Source of the DNA: Octopus sinensis
Lineage: Eukaryota
Direction: 5' to 3'
Assembly: GCF_006345805.1 (NCBI RefSeq)
Contig: NC_043005.1
Location: 88,908,001 to 88,972,000 of the forward strand
DNA: 64,000 nucleotides
Shown here piece by piece: positions 51,620 through 64,000 of this stretch (within the stretch, counting starts at the first letter, position 1; the number at the start of each line of letters is the position of its first letter). The position numbers and the translations under genes are program-made. The notes below the pieces were generated by a model, which did no database searches, was not told the origin of the DNA, and saw only the letters and a program-made list of their open reading frames with translations.

Positions 51620-51905
51620 TGCTTTGTTGTTCTTCTAGGTCTTTTTGCAAATCACTTCTAATTGCGAACCCAACACCACCTTCCATTATCTCTCCCTTCG
51701 GTTTCCCAGCCCAGAATAATGTGAAACCCGCCGCTCTTTCGACAGGATGATCTTCATCTGAACATCTTGTTTCAGAAAGGGTTGCGATATCAACATTAAG
51801 ACGCCTTAGTTCCTTAGTGACTAGAGCTGTTCTTCTTTCAGGCCTATCTGCTCGATCTAAAAGGGTTCTCACTTTCCCACAGGCCAGGTTAAAACAAACC
51901 ATATT
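51620..51905 (-). mobile_element. RTE LINE endonuclease 5' fragment
   Basis: NLAC..VRTLLDRADRPERRTALVTKELRRLNVDIATLSETR..GFTLFWAG..GGVGFAIR. Confidence 0.85.
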
Positions 51906-52115
51906 CCTTGCATACTTATTATCTTGTTTATATCAGTTCTTTGTTCATTCCTGCTAAATTGAAATACATCCGACAGCATGAATAATGATCAGCAATGCAT
52001 CAATCTTATCAGGGAGGATATAAACACCGGTGCTCATCAAATAGACATTTTGACAGATATAAGAAGCCACAGAAAATGTGACGCATATTTATACACACAC
52101 ACACATATATGTATA

Positions 52116-52161
<46 letters not shown>

Positions 52162-52170
<9 letters not shown>

Positions 52171-54205
52171 ATTGGTGAATTGAAGAAATGGAGTTGAACG
52201 CAGATTGAACAGAAATCGTTTTATTTCATTCTACACGTGTTTCGAAAGGCACAAATTACCAAAATCCGATTGAATAATGGGACCATATTGTGTCTTTCTC
52301 TTCAGGAAGAAAAAAGGAAATCCGTTGGAAAAACAAAAACAGAACAGAGGCGGAGCAAAAAACAAATCGAACTGTGCTCCTAAGAGCCCATGGCGAAACT
52401 GTTTATCAGTATATGTTGAGAACCGGTGGCTGAAGAATTCAACGGGTCAGGCATCGGTCAATCATGTGGGTGAGGGTGTATAGATGTTCTTTGTGACCGA
52501 GAATAAAGTTCTGACTATTTAAAGAATATTGGATGTTTTATAAGGGGCGAGAAAAAATCTACTTAGAGTCGTGTGTGTGTGTATACTGTTCTATACATGT
52601 GTGTGTTGGCGTAGGGGTAGAAAACATTTTTTGTGTACGTGTGTGCGTTTGATCGTTCGGCTGTCAGTGGCTACTGCCGTGATAACCGTTGGGTGGCAGA
52701 AAGAAAAAAAAATTAAAAAATTATATATATATATTATGTTTTATGTGTGTGTGTGTGTGTTCATCTAAGCCTGCCTTGACAAGGAAACCCCCCGCTGTGA
52801 AAAAACCAAGCCCCGTTTGTCTTACAGGAGTAATTTCCCTTGCAGTGGTTAATCGTAGATATCTTAAAGGCTATTTCAGAATTTGTTACCAAGGGCTATG
52901 GGTGCCGGTATTATTTATAAACGCTATTTAAAGGCCAGATAAGTGTAACGCCGCCAATGGGGGCATCGAAAAGCCGACTGTAAGAGCCCGTTTACCATCC
53001 GGCCTCTGGCAAACAAAATATGGAAGAGTTCGGAGACACAAAGGTTGCACTGTCTTCTGCCCCTATCAAATGGGAGGGCCACCGACAAAATTGACCATTC
53101 CAGCCTATAGCTTAAGTTCGCATCCTTCAGTCGCCATATTAGCTTACTGAGTCCCGTGGTCTGGCGCTTGTTCACGTCCCGAAAAGTTGCGTAATGGTTG
53201 GAGACACGCAAAGACAATCTTGAGGATGATGCCCCTACATAAGTGAAGGCATCTGAGTCCGTGTAAACCTGCATTGGTAGACGGCGTTTTTGATCTTGGA
53301 GTTCGCCGACGTGAATCTTAATCTGCTAGGATTGGTTTCTGAAATTAGAACTGCGTTCCTGTCACTATATTCGTTCCGAGACCTGCAGCCGCTTACTACT
53401 CTATTTTCCACTACGTCACTATTAACTATAGGAATAACCCTGATTCTCCACTATCTATCAGAGTGCTGTCATTGCTACTGCCCGTGGTACTGCTATTGCG
53501 GGAAATGATGCTGGGGATGCTAATGGGGCTCTCTACCCTACTCCCATTGTTACCGTCAACCACAACACCCCTATTTATAACTATACCCCTAGTGGGTACT
53601 CCCTGGCTGGAGCTGAGATTATGTGTCACTGTACTGGCTCTCATATCATTATTACTACTATAATTATTCCTACTGAGCATTAAACCGGGAGCGGAAGAGG
53701 CTGTGCCTCCGGAAAAAGGTGATAGGGTCTTAGTAAGTAGCCTATTATTATGGGAGGCGATTATCTGGGTGAGGTTTTTAGTGTTGGAGAAAGCTATCCT
53801 AACTTTATGTGAGTTAACCGTGGAGTAATATTTGGAATTTCTGGGGAAGTTATTGGCGATGGCTTGTCTAAACATGAGGGGGAGGTTAGTTCTAATCTGC
53901 TTACCAAAGGGGATTACAAACCATATATGCTTATTCCTATCAGTGTGATGGGTCGGGACGCCAGCTCTCGCATTCGGGTGGGTGATTCTCGGATGAATAA
54001 CGGGTCTTGGGTTAGTGTAAGGCCTCCCGGACCGATAATTATCCTTGTTCGCTAAATTAAATGCGGGAGCGACTACCCCGGCATCCGCCGCGCTCCCGTC
54101 CTTACTTAAAATGTTAATGTTATTATATACGTGTAGAATGAAATAAAACGATTTCTGTTCAATCTGCGTTCAGCTCCATTTCTTCAATTCACCAATAATG
54201 TTTTA
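52162..54205 (-). mobile_element. 5'-truncated Penelope-like element of a second type (GIY-YIG with CNLC), 77-bp inverted ends, 3' hammerhead motif
   Basis: IWFVIPFGKQIRTNL..FPRNSKYYSTVNSHKVRIAFS..IIASHN; VYQC/TYVG..SNHYATFR..LSKLIWRL..WSIL..CNLC; 52162-52238 is the reverse complement of 54129-54205. Confidence 0.87.
52228..52309 (-). ncRNA. Type I hammerhead ribozyme motif with intact catalytic core
   Basis: TTC-CTGAAGA-GAAAGACACAA...TTGTGCCTTTC-GAAAC-ACGT-GTA-GAA; stems paired by eye. Confidence 0.75.
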
Positions 54206-54351
54206 ATTTCAATTATCCGCACCAACGCACGGTTGCAACGCCAGATGGTTGTACCTCCAACCGTGCTGTTTACTGCTGTGATTTTTGCTACTAAGGTATC
54301 GGTTAAACTTTTGATTAATCTACTACAAGATTATTCATCTTTCTATTTCAC

Positions 54352-54495
<144 letters not shown>

Positions 54496-54867
54496 GTATG
54501 TATGTATATATTATTCCTCCTGGAATAATGAATAGATGGGGAGAAAACTTTGCAAAACTTTGCAATAAAAATTATCAATAATTAATAATGTCCAGAAATA
54601 TTTCAAATTTCCATTACCAGTGGCCTATCGTGTAAAAATTTAGTCAATAGACTATATATTATTTATATAAATACAATGTACGTTTACACACACAAGAGTT
54701 ATCCATCATAGGATTCCTTGCACGCTAGAGAGGTCAGTTAAATTCCAAACCACTATTTGGAATAACATTTCGAAATGAATGAAAAACAAAAACATTTACT
54801 GTCTAACTCCTGGACCAATTGCTAGGCGAAGTCTTCTTCAGCAGGTACACCTTAGATTAAATATATA

Positions 54868-55382
54868 TACACGAGGCAATCCAGTATATACTCCGTGCTT
54901 ATACATTCTAAATATTTCAAATCTACTGCAGAGTACTACATGTCTCTGTTGGACGAACTACAGGGAAATTTGAAACAGAAACACCGTGGAAAGCTGAGCC
55001 GTAATATCCTGTTTTTGCAGGACAATGCACCAGCACACACAACACATGAAACTACAGAAAACATGCGACTTTGGTTTCGAATAGGTAGTCCATCCACCTT
55101 GCTCTCCTGGCTTGGCCCCCTCCGACTACCACCTCCGTCCACAACTGAAGAAAGTCCCCAAGGGAACAAAATTTCACTCCAATTCGAATGTGATCGCTGG
55201 TACCGTAGCTTGGTTGGAGGCCCAACATTTCGATTTCTTTTTACAGGCTTTAAAAAAATGAAGGACCGCTGCAATATGTGTGTGAGTGTGAGGGAGGAAA
55301 TATGTTGAATAACATCACAATTAACTGATTCTTATGTATTTTCTTTTACCCAAAGCCAAGAAATTTTCAGCACCCCCTCATA
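54868..55382 (+). mobile_element. Mariner C-terminal fragment with 3' TIR
   Basis: AEYYMSLLDEL...ILFLQDNAPAH; shifted frame HPPCSPGLAPSDYHL; ends AAATTTTCAGCACCCCCTCA|TA. Confidence 0.82.
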
Positions 55383-56129
55383 AAAATCCTACGTCACAAC
55401 AATTAGTTACCTATCTATAAAATATGCTTAACATTTTTAGAAAAAATATGCGTATCATATTATGTGAAAAGCAATTACAATTAATGAGTTATTTAGAATT
55501 GAAGTATTTAAATGCTTTTCTATATTTGTGAGAACATTTCATTGTAAAATTACCTTTATAATTCAATGACATTTAGAAGTAATTACATAATACCTCAAGG
55601 CAAAGATCACGTTTAAAATTACCAGTATTGTACTATGGTGCGTAACTAATAAAGGGCCCCATTAAATCACACTTAATGTTCCTATCCTTTGAATACCAAA
55701 TGTGAGCATGGGACATGGACATTAAAGGATGATGATGATGATAATGATGTTGATGATGATGGGGATGAATAAAGAGTATCGCCAGGAAAACAAATGCAGT
55801 TGGTGGCCAAGAATTCGAACGAGAATCGAAGGAATTCTTCATAACTTCACTATTTTTAACACAACGTGTACAGTATTCGTAGCGGAGGTGATTTATTGTT
55901 CTTTTTTCTTTTTAGATATTAAAATATTCCATTTCAACAATTTAAAAGGAATAACATCAATGCCATTCCAACCGTAATAAACCAGGTGATATACACCCAG
56001 TGGTGCAGCAATTGAATGACTTGCATAAGAAATAGCTTATACATATTTGCATGTGCACATATACACATGTGCATATGAATATATTTATTTGTTTGTGCAT
56101 TTAGTTGAGTGTGCACAATTTATTATTTG

Positions 56130-57240
56130 CAATAATGACTTCAAGAAACCAACCAGTCACCTGTTCACTTATTAATCTGGTGGCCACACAAAGCAAGATT
56201 GACTACATTCTCACCAGAAAGCAGAAAAGCTGGTTGCTTATAAACACAAAACCCTTCCCAGGTGAAGAGTGTAGACCTCAACATGTGTTAGTTAATAGTT
56301 AATTCAGAGTTCAGGTTAGAAAGACGCCAAGAAGCAAACCAGTTTGGAAAAGAAAGATTTGGAAGCTTAAGGATCCTCTGAATAGTCAGAGATTTAGAGA
56401 GGTTCTAAATGAAGCATTTGGCAAGGAGGAGGAGGAGGAGGAAGAGGAGAAGATAGTAATATATGAATAACATAGAGGACAACTGGAGGTTCCTACGAGA
56501 CAACGCAATGGGGGCCACTGACCAAATTTGTGGATGGTGCAAAGTCCTCTCCACACCTAAGGTGACATGGTGGTGTCCATAAAGGTGACACACCCAATGG
56601 TTGGTGTAGCAACATTATAGTCAACTCTACAAATGTAAAGGTGATACTTTAGACTGAGATAATTACAAAAGTATCAAATCGCTGGAACAGGTGATGAAAG
56701 TTACAGAGAAGGTCAAAATTTAAAAAGGGAGAGTCTTGATGGAATGCAGTTTGGTTTTGTGCAAGGAAGATGCACAACTGATGCTATCTTTTTGGTGAAG
56801 CTGCTTCAGGAGAAGTACTTTGCTTTTATTGAAATGGAGAAAGCCTTTGAGGGGCTCCCCTGCTCCCTTATCTGGTGGGCAATGCAGAAGGCTAGAGATA
56901 AATGAGTGGCTGGTGAGAGCTGTAGAAACCAGGTAGAGAGATGCTGATTGTAAGGTGAAGGTTGGCAACGAGTATAACAGTGACTTCAGTGTACAGGTAG
57001 GAGTGTACACAAAGGATCGATTCTCAGCCCCCTTTTTGTTCATCATAGTCCTTCTGGCCATAACAGAAGAATTTCAGATGTGTTGCTCATGAAAGCTCCT
57101 CTATGCTGATGACTTTGAACTTATTGCTGAATCACTACAAGAACTAGAGAAGAAATTTCAGGTGTGGAAGCAAGGTTTGGAATCAAGGGGCCTTAGAATT
57201 GAGTTAGCAAAGACTAAAACCCTAGAAAGCCTTAATAAGA
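56130..57240 (+). mobile_element. Degraded RTE-like LINE (endonuclease tail + RT)
   Basis: SKIDYILTRK..PGEECRPQH; QFGFVQGRCTTDAIFLV; LLYADD. Confidence 0.75.
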
Positions 57241-57910
57241 AGCAAGGTGTGATGTTTTGACTTATGAAAATTTCAATTCAACTGCTGTTTTGTCTTATTT
57301 TTTACTTTTTTGTTTTGTTGTTTTGCTTTTTTATGCCTTGTTGTCAGGAATGAAATGGTTGCCTTTGTACAGTCTGGTTGAAGATTCCTATGCAGCCTTT
57401 ACCTTTTAAAGAGGCCCTGTACAGCTTTTTTACCTTTTTAAGGCAGCCCTGTGCAGCCCTTATCATTTAAAAAAATCTCAGTATCACCTTTTTATCTGTT
57501 AAGGTCACACCATACATCCCTTATCCTTCTCCAACGAAGGGTCTTCCTTCTTCCCTTGCCATCTTTAAGGCTACTCTCTATAAATAAAGTCAACAGCCAC
57601 AGCATCACTGGGTTGTAGAGGACCGACACGGGAAAATTGCTCTTCTTGTATTGTATATGTAGAACAAATCAGCTGAACTGAGGCCAACCTTTGCCAAGCT
57701 AGAACCACACCTGGAATTGAACTTGGCACTACAAGTTAATGAAACACTTGTCCATTTCACAGTGCTGCCACTTCTTACTGCCAGTATGTTGTTCTTCTGC
57801 TTTCATTTTTATAATTATTACCCCCTGTTCTCAGGATTTCATTCAACCAGGAAATACCATTTTATTTGGTTTGAATCTTTTTCAAATGCATATACATACA
57901 CAGGTGAGTG

Positions 57911-57986
<76 letters not shown>

Positions 57987-58420
57987 AAGGTGTTTATGCA
58001 CTTATAGCTTTTCTTCATTATGTATATACTTGTACAACATATCCTTCCACTAATTTTCTCTCTCCCCCCTCTCTCTCTCCCTTCTGGTAGGGTCTCCATT
58101 CATTTTCAAATCTCCATGCTATCTTAAATGGTGTTAAGTTATAAAGGTCTCTGTTATTATATTTATTATTACTTTTATTATTAGTATTGTTATGCATTTA
58201 TTTTCTTTTAAATTTATTTTCATATTTATTTTTAATTCTTATGTTCCAATGTGCAATTAAAGTGTAAAGTTCTGTGGAAAATAGAATCAAAAGACAAAAC
58301 AAAAAGATTTGGGGGAAATGAATAAAAAGAGAGGAAACCATTCTTTGGGGAATTTCCGAATGGTTTGAGAAACTTTCCACCATTAAAACATTAGGGTTTT
58401 TCATTATTCATGTATTTACA

Positions 58421-58479
<59 letters not shown>

Positions 58480-58484
58480 TATAT

Positions 58485-59133
58485 AGTAAGGAAAATTTTT
58501 TTTTTTTTTAAATGCAGAATGCTCAAATGAAAGAAAATTTTAATAAAGTGAGAAATTGATAAAATATATAAATATATATTTATACAACCGGTTTTCGTCA
58601 TTGTATGACTTGTCAAGAATATTTATGTTTTAAAAAGTTTTTTTAAAAAGTTTTTTTAAAAATTAGAAAGGGGAAAAAAAGAAAATTGCATTGTTTTTTG
58701 TAAAAGAATAATGATAAAAATGAAGAACCAGGACCACAATTACTACTACTTCCTGTCCTGCAAACATGCTGAATTTAACAACACAACACATGCTCTTAAT
58801 CCCTTTGGATCTTAACACCTCAAGGTAATTTTTTCGTAAACAACCATAAAACTCAAGATACACAACGAACTCACAATGTATCGGAGAACTTATTTTTTAA
58901 TTTTTGTACATTTTTATCATTATTCTTTTACAAAAAACAATGCAATTTTCTTTTTTTCCCCTTTCTAATTTTTAAAAAAACTTTTTAAAACATAAATATT
59001 CTTGACAAGTCATACAATGACGAAAACCGGTTGAATAAATATATATTTATATATTTTATCAATTTCTCATTTTATTAAAATTTTCTTTCATTTGAGCATT
59101 CTGCATTTAAAAAAAAAAAAATGTTTCCTTACT
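58485..59133. mobile_element. Foldback Penelope-terminal relic, ~230-bp near-identical inverted arms
   Basis: 58485-58722 is the reverse complement of 58909-59133; degenerate HHR fold at 58996-59037. Confidence 0.8.
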
Positions 59134-59178
59134 TATCATTTCTCCACGTGCGGTCAACACAACCCCACCATTTATTGA

Positions 59179-59249
<71 letters not shown>

Positions 59250-59643
59250 AATGGAGTTTAACGCAGGTATAATTCAAATAATTTACTTCCGACACCTGTT
59301 TCGAAGATTTCACTGATCTTATTCAATAGAATAAAATGGTGTAAAGCAATGTAATCTTCTCTTTAGGGAAGTGAATAAATGAAACTCGTCAATAAGACAT
59401 TTTAACTGAAAATGATGGATGTGTATAGTGATTTACTGAACGCTATTAATATTGTTTGAAAACTTTATATGATATAACATCAGAAGTAACTTATAGAAAG
59501 AGGAGGGATATTTTTAGCGAATGTTAAATATAAAAGAAAATTAATGTTTAGATTATATATAATGATAGAGATTACTTATATGAACTAAAGGTGTGTTCTT
59601 GCAATGTTACATCGGTATGCACGCTCTATAACCGTGCATACCA

Positions 59644-59757
<114 letters not shown>

Positions 59758-61037
59758 TATCTATATACACTACCTTACAAGGGAACCATTTTGATTAAAT
59801 TCATTTGCACCAAAAAAAAACCCAGATAAATAAAATTGCATGATTCTAACTAATTTGTTTTTTTTTAATGTATTTTTTGTTTGGTTGTTTTATTTTGATT
59901 GTTTGCAAAAAATCTCATTTTGTTTTTGCTTAACCCTAGATGCAGGGTGTGTGTTTTCTGTGATTCTACTAATCCAAGGGTGGTTGATAAATGGTGGTGT
60001 TAGAGGGTTGGACAAAGGGTGTTGCAGTGTCTGTGTTGGGTTTTGACATTCTGTGACGAAAGGGATGCCAAGTTGTATCAGGACAACACTGTTGAGGAAC
60101 TCTGGTTTAGGCTTATGTGCAATACACAAATCACCAAAATTGCTAGTCTTCCAACTTTATTGGACAAAACTACAATACAAATAAGTGGGGGGGAAATGGT
60201 GAGAATTAAGCAGTAGAAAATGGGGAGGAGAAGGAAGCAAAAGGTTGTACACCCCAGACCAAATGGCACATTCAACGGTGCTCTGTGGACTTGATTGCAA
60301 AGGCATTGCTGTGGAGAATGGCCAGCAACACTTGCTTCAGCAGCCAATCCACCTAGCAGGGCTCATTTGTCAGGTGGACCACAATTATTCTGATTTTGTG
60401 GGGTAAATCATCCGTGCAGGGTCTGAGAACACCTGAGGTCACTACTGCAACCAGTACAAACTGATAGTGGCCGGTCAGGCTCCTGTATTTATCTATTTTC
60501 CCTTTCCTCTGGGTTATGGATATTTATTCCTTGTGAGGTGGTGAATGATAACATAATTTGATGGGGTAGGTTGTTTTGTAGTGTCCGAATGGAAAGGCGG
60601 GCTTACTTAAAGATAATTCACACACAAATGAAAAGATGCTGAAGACTATTGTGAAATAGGAGAACAGATGTTTTATTCCATTAAAAATATTAAATTGACC
60701 ACACCAGATCAAAACAAGACAAGAGATTGGAAACAACAACAACAACAGTTATTACAAGAAATTCCATGGCATCATAATGTTTGGTGTTGTTTATATTTAC
60801 GAAGAAATGGTCGTGAGAAGAATTTCTGAAACATCTCAAATAACAAAAAATGCAAGCAAAGAATGATGTGTGTGTCTATTTATAATGTGTGTGTGTGTGT
60901 ATGAGTGCGTGAGACGACAGAGAGGGGGAGAAAGAGAGGAGAGAGGGAGAGAGAGAGGTTGAGAGGGAGAAACAGATGGAGTAAGTAATGTATTTGTGAG
61001 AGTTTGAAAAAAATCATCTCGTGTAGATTCATCAGAC

Positions 61038-61590
61038 GTGGAGGCGCGTTGCTTAGTGGTTAGGGTGTCAGCATCATGATCCTAGGATTGTCATTTCGAT
61101 TCCTGGATTGGGTGACGAGTTGTGTTCTTGAGCAAAATACTTCATTTCACGTTGCTCCAGTCCACTCAGCTGGCAAAAATGAGTAACACTGCGATTGTCT
61201 GGCGTCCCGTCCAGCTGGGGAACACATACGCCATTGAAACCGGGAAACTGGGCCCATAAGCCTGGCTAGGCTTTAAAAGGGCGTAGTGGAGGTGCAATTG
61301 CCCAGTGGTTAGGGCAGCGGACTCGTGGTTGGAAGATCGCGGTTTCGATTCCAAAACCAGGCGTTGTGTATGTTTATTGAGCGAAAACGCCTTAAGCACC
61401 ACGAGGCTCCGGCAGGGGGTGGTGGCGACCCCTGTTGTACTCTTTCGTCCCAACTTTCTCTCACTCTTCCTGTTTCCTGAGTAATGCTGCGATGGACTGT
61501 CATCCCGTCCAGCTGGGGGGAACACATACGCCATAGAAACCGGGAAACCGGGCCTATGAGCCTGTCTAGGCTTGAAAAGGGCGCATAAAT
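61038..61590 (+). mobile_element. Two adjacent or nested tRNA-derived SINEs
   Basis: Heads GGAGGCGCGTTGCTTAGTGGTTAGGG (~61038) and GGAGGTGCAATTGCCCAGTGGTTAGGG (~61287) with TTTCGATTCC B-boxes; repeated CCCGTCCAGCTGGGG...GAAACCGGGAAAC tails. Confidence 0.8.
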
Positions 61591-62743
61591 AAATAAAAAA
61601 GATTCATCAGATAACTCCAGTTTGTTGAAATAGAAAACAAGGGTCTTTATAGAGATTTTACTCAGCTTTTTGAGGCAAACGAAAGTTCCAGTTGCGATTG
61701 GCTGAACATAACAAACAAAAGACAGTCATGTGATGTTTCATCCGAGCTGCCTGCTGGGCTTGCAGAAACACAGTAGTATAACCATTGGAATTCAATATTT
61801 CTTATTGTGAGACAAGTGGCCGGTTGGAAGATTGTGCACAGATACTGACAAGAGGAACATCAAATTATCTGGTAAAATAGGGGTCATTGATTGAATGAAA
61901 TCCAAGCTTAAGGGGATTTGTCAAACAAATACATGTAAAAATACACAAGATATTATGTAGTAGTTTGAGGGAGATTCAGCTACTATTTCTAACTGATCTT
62001 CCAGACATGCAGAGGTAGTAATATAATGTTGTTATAATAAATTTGAGGTAGTGATATCATGCTGCTATGAGGAAAGAAGCCATTCTGCTGTGGAGTGTCA
62101 TCTCAGATGACAAGTCTTGAGGAGTGGCCATCAAATAGGACATGTGGAATGGTGTGTGTATATCAGTTAAGCCAAGAACTTGCATGAAGTGGGGCAGCCA
62201 ATTGCACATAGCATCCACATCTAGTGAGAAAATATTAGCACTGGCAGAATGGTGAGTGATGTGGATCTGAGATGTTCAGGTTTCAAGTCATTATTGAAAT
62301 AACCCTCTTTCAATTGATGCTGATGGATTCTGTTCATCTATTTACACGAAGAATAAAATTCTTAGGAGTCTGAAGGGACAAATGTTGAGTGAGAAGGTGC
62401 TTGAATTGGACCCTTAATTCAACCCTTACCGACAAACACAGTTGGCCGGTCACTGGCAAATTTTGGGTGGCACATTTATGGGAATCATCTTGACACTGTT
62501 TGGATGGTCATCAGGATTTGACATGGTTTAACATAAGGGGTGAAATGTTGCAGTGTGGACATGCTTTTCTCTTTCCACTGTCCAGTCTACCCTCTATGTT
62601 CTTGTGGTAGCCATTGTGAAATAGGAAAGGTTGACTTGGTCAGAGCTTGACAGTTGCTCTTTCTCTATACTGTATCACTTGTTGTGGGCATCAAAACGTG
62701 GTTCTTGCAATGTGTGTGTGTGTGTATATATGTGTGTGTGTGT

Positions 62744-62794
<51 letters not shown>

Positions 62795-63111
62795 GTTGTG
62801 GTTCTATTGTTCTTGTTAATTGTATTGTAGTGGGTGTTTAGCCTCAAATCAATGCTCATAGACATTTATTGTTGTCGATGGTGGTGTTTGTGTTGATAAC
62901 CAATCCTAACTTCCCAGACAAATGTCAGAGAAGTTACCCTTGAAAGATCTACAGGTTTTCTTCACGTACTTAACCCTTATGAAATTATTCTATTTATATT
63001 ATTATCATTATTATCATTGCTATTTTTGTTGTTGTTTTTTCCGTAGTAGTAGTAATAGTTGTTGTTATTAAAATTATTATTGTCATTATTATTATTATCA
63101 TTATTATTATG

Positions 63112-63172
<61 letters not shown>

Positions 63173-63175
63173 ATC

Positions 63176-64000
63176 ATCTTCTTTGAATTTCGCTTCCAAT
63201 TCTTGCTGAGTGTCTTCCCAACACCTAGAGCAAAGAAACTCATTGTATTCATTGGCAGGTCATCAAAATAAACACATCAAATTGTTCATTTACAAAGTCA
63301 TGAGATAGAAAAAAGGGAAGAAAGACAGGGGAAAGAAAGAGATTAAAGAAAAAAATGAAAAAGAGGAAACAAAAACAATGAAAGGGGAAAAGAAAAGGAA
63401 AGAGCAACAATCTTCTTCTCAATACTTGTGACCAATTACCAGTTAAGACAACCTTTTGCACTTCCTGCAAGGGTAGTAAGCCAGGGATTATCCGCAAATC
63501 ACTTTCAGTTCCCTTTTTAATTATTCCAAGTTCTCCTACAATTACTGGTATTGTAACTGTCTTGATTTCAATCAGCAAATCTTTATATTTTCTGAGCTTA
63601 TCAAGCTTTTTTGCCGAGATATTATGATCACAAGGTATGCTCATGTCAATCAGTTAACAGGTCTTATTGTTTTGGTCTTTCACAACAATATCTGGTTAAT
63701 TAGCTTTGATGGTCTGGTCTGTACATACTGGAAAGTCCGAAAGGACCGTTACGTTTTCTCCCTCAGTTCCAGCCTCACGATGGTGCTTATACCATTTGTC
63801 AGCAGCTTTGATTTGATAATGCTGACATGTTAACTAGTGTGGATATTGACCAACTCTGTCATGTTTAGATTTATACTCTACTGGTGCTAAAACCTTACAC
63901 CCAGAGATAAAGTGGTCCACTGTTTCAATCCCATCGTTGCAGTATTGGCACTTTGGGTCTGCACCATTTTTCAATACATTGGTTTGATAGTTCCATATCA
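63176..64000 (-). mobile_element. R4/Dong-like LINE 3' portion with (TAA)n array at 62995-63175; runs off the right edge
   Basis: NGADPKC..IETVDHFISGCKVLAPVEYKSKHDRV; MSIPCDHNISAK..KYKDLLIEI..IPVIVG.LG; similar to 20485-22195. Confidence 0.85.

Overview
AT-rich, microsatellite-dense eukaryotic genomic DNA. The SINE and repeat content suggests a coleoid cephalopod (Octopus); this is inferred from remembered repeat families, not searched. One host gene is recognisable: a minus-strand, multi-exon SLC22 (organic cation/anion transporter, Orct-like) gene. Eight coding exons run from the ATG at 50321 to 13175 with GT-AG junctions. Reading phase is consistent except at exon 3 (32047-32158), which is frameshifted in a stretch that looks like noisy assembly. 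The last exon(s) (TM12 and C-terminus) were not found. The rest is a dense TE landscape: Penelope-like elements (RT + GIY-YIG) of two types, R4/Dong-like REL-endonuclease LINEs (three of four in or next to (TAA)n arrays), CR1-like and RTE LINEs, mariner relics, MITEs/foldbacks, a non-autonomous Helitron carrying a LINE ORF1-like fragment, tRNA-derived SINEs and a 34-bp minisatellite. The most notable unannotated signals are (i) about ten hammerhead-ribozyme-like motifs, one with an intact core, at the ends of Penelope-derived elements that often carry an inverted terminal copy, and (ii) a ~760-bp copy of the 3' end of SLC22 intron 1 inserted into intron 2 with a 12-bp target-site duplication. 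No databases or folding programs were run. TE boundaries are approximate unless a TSD or TIR is quoted.
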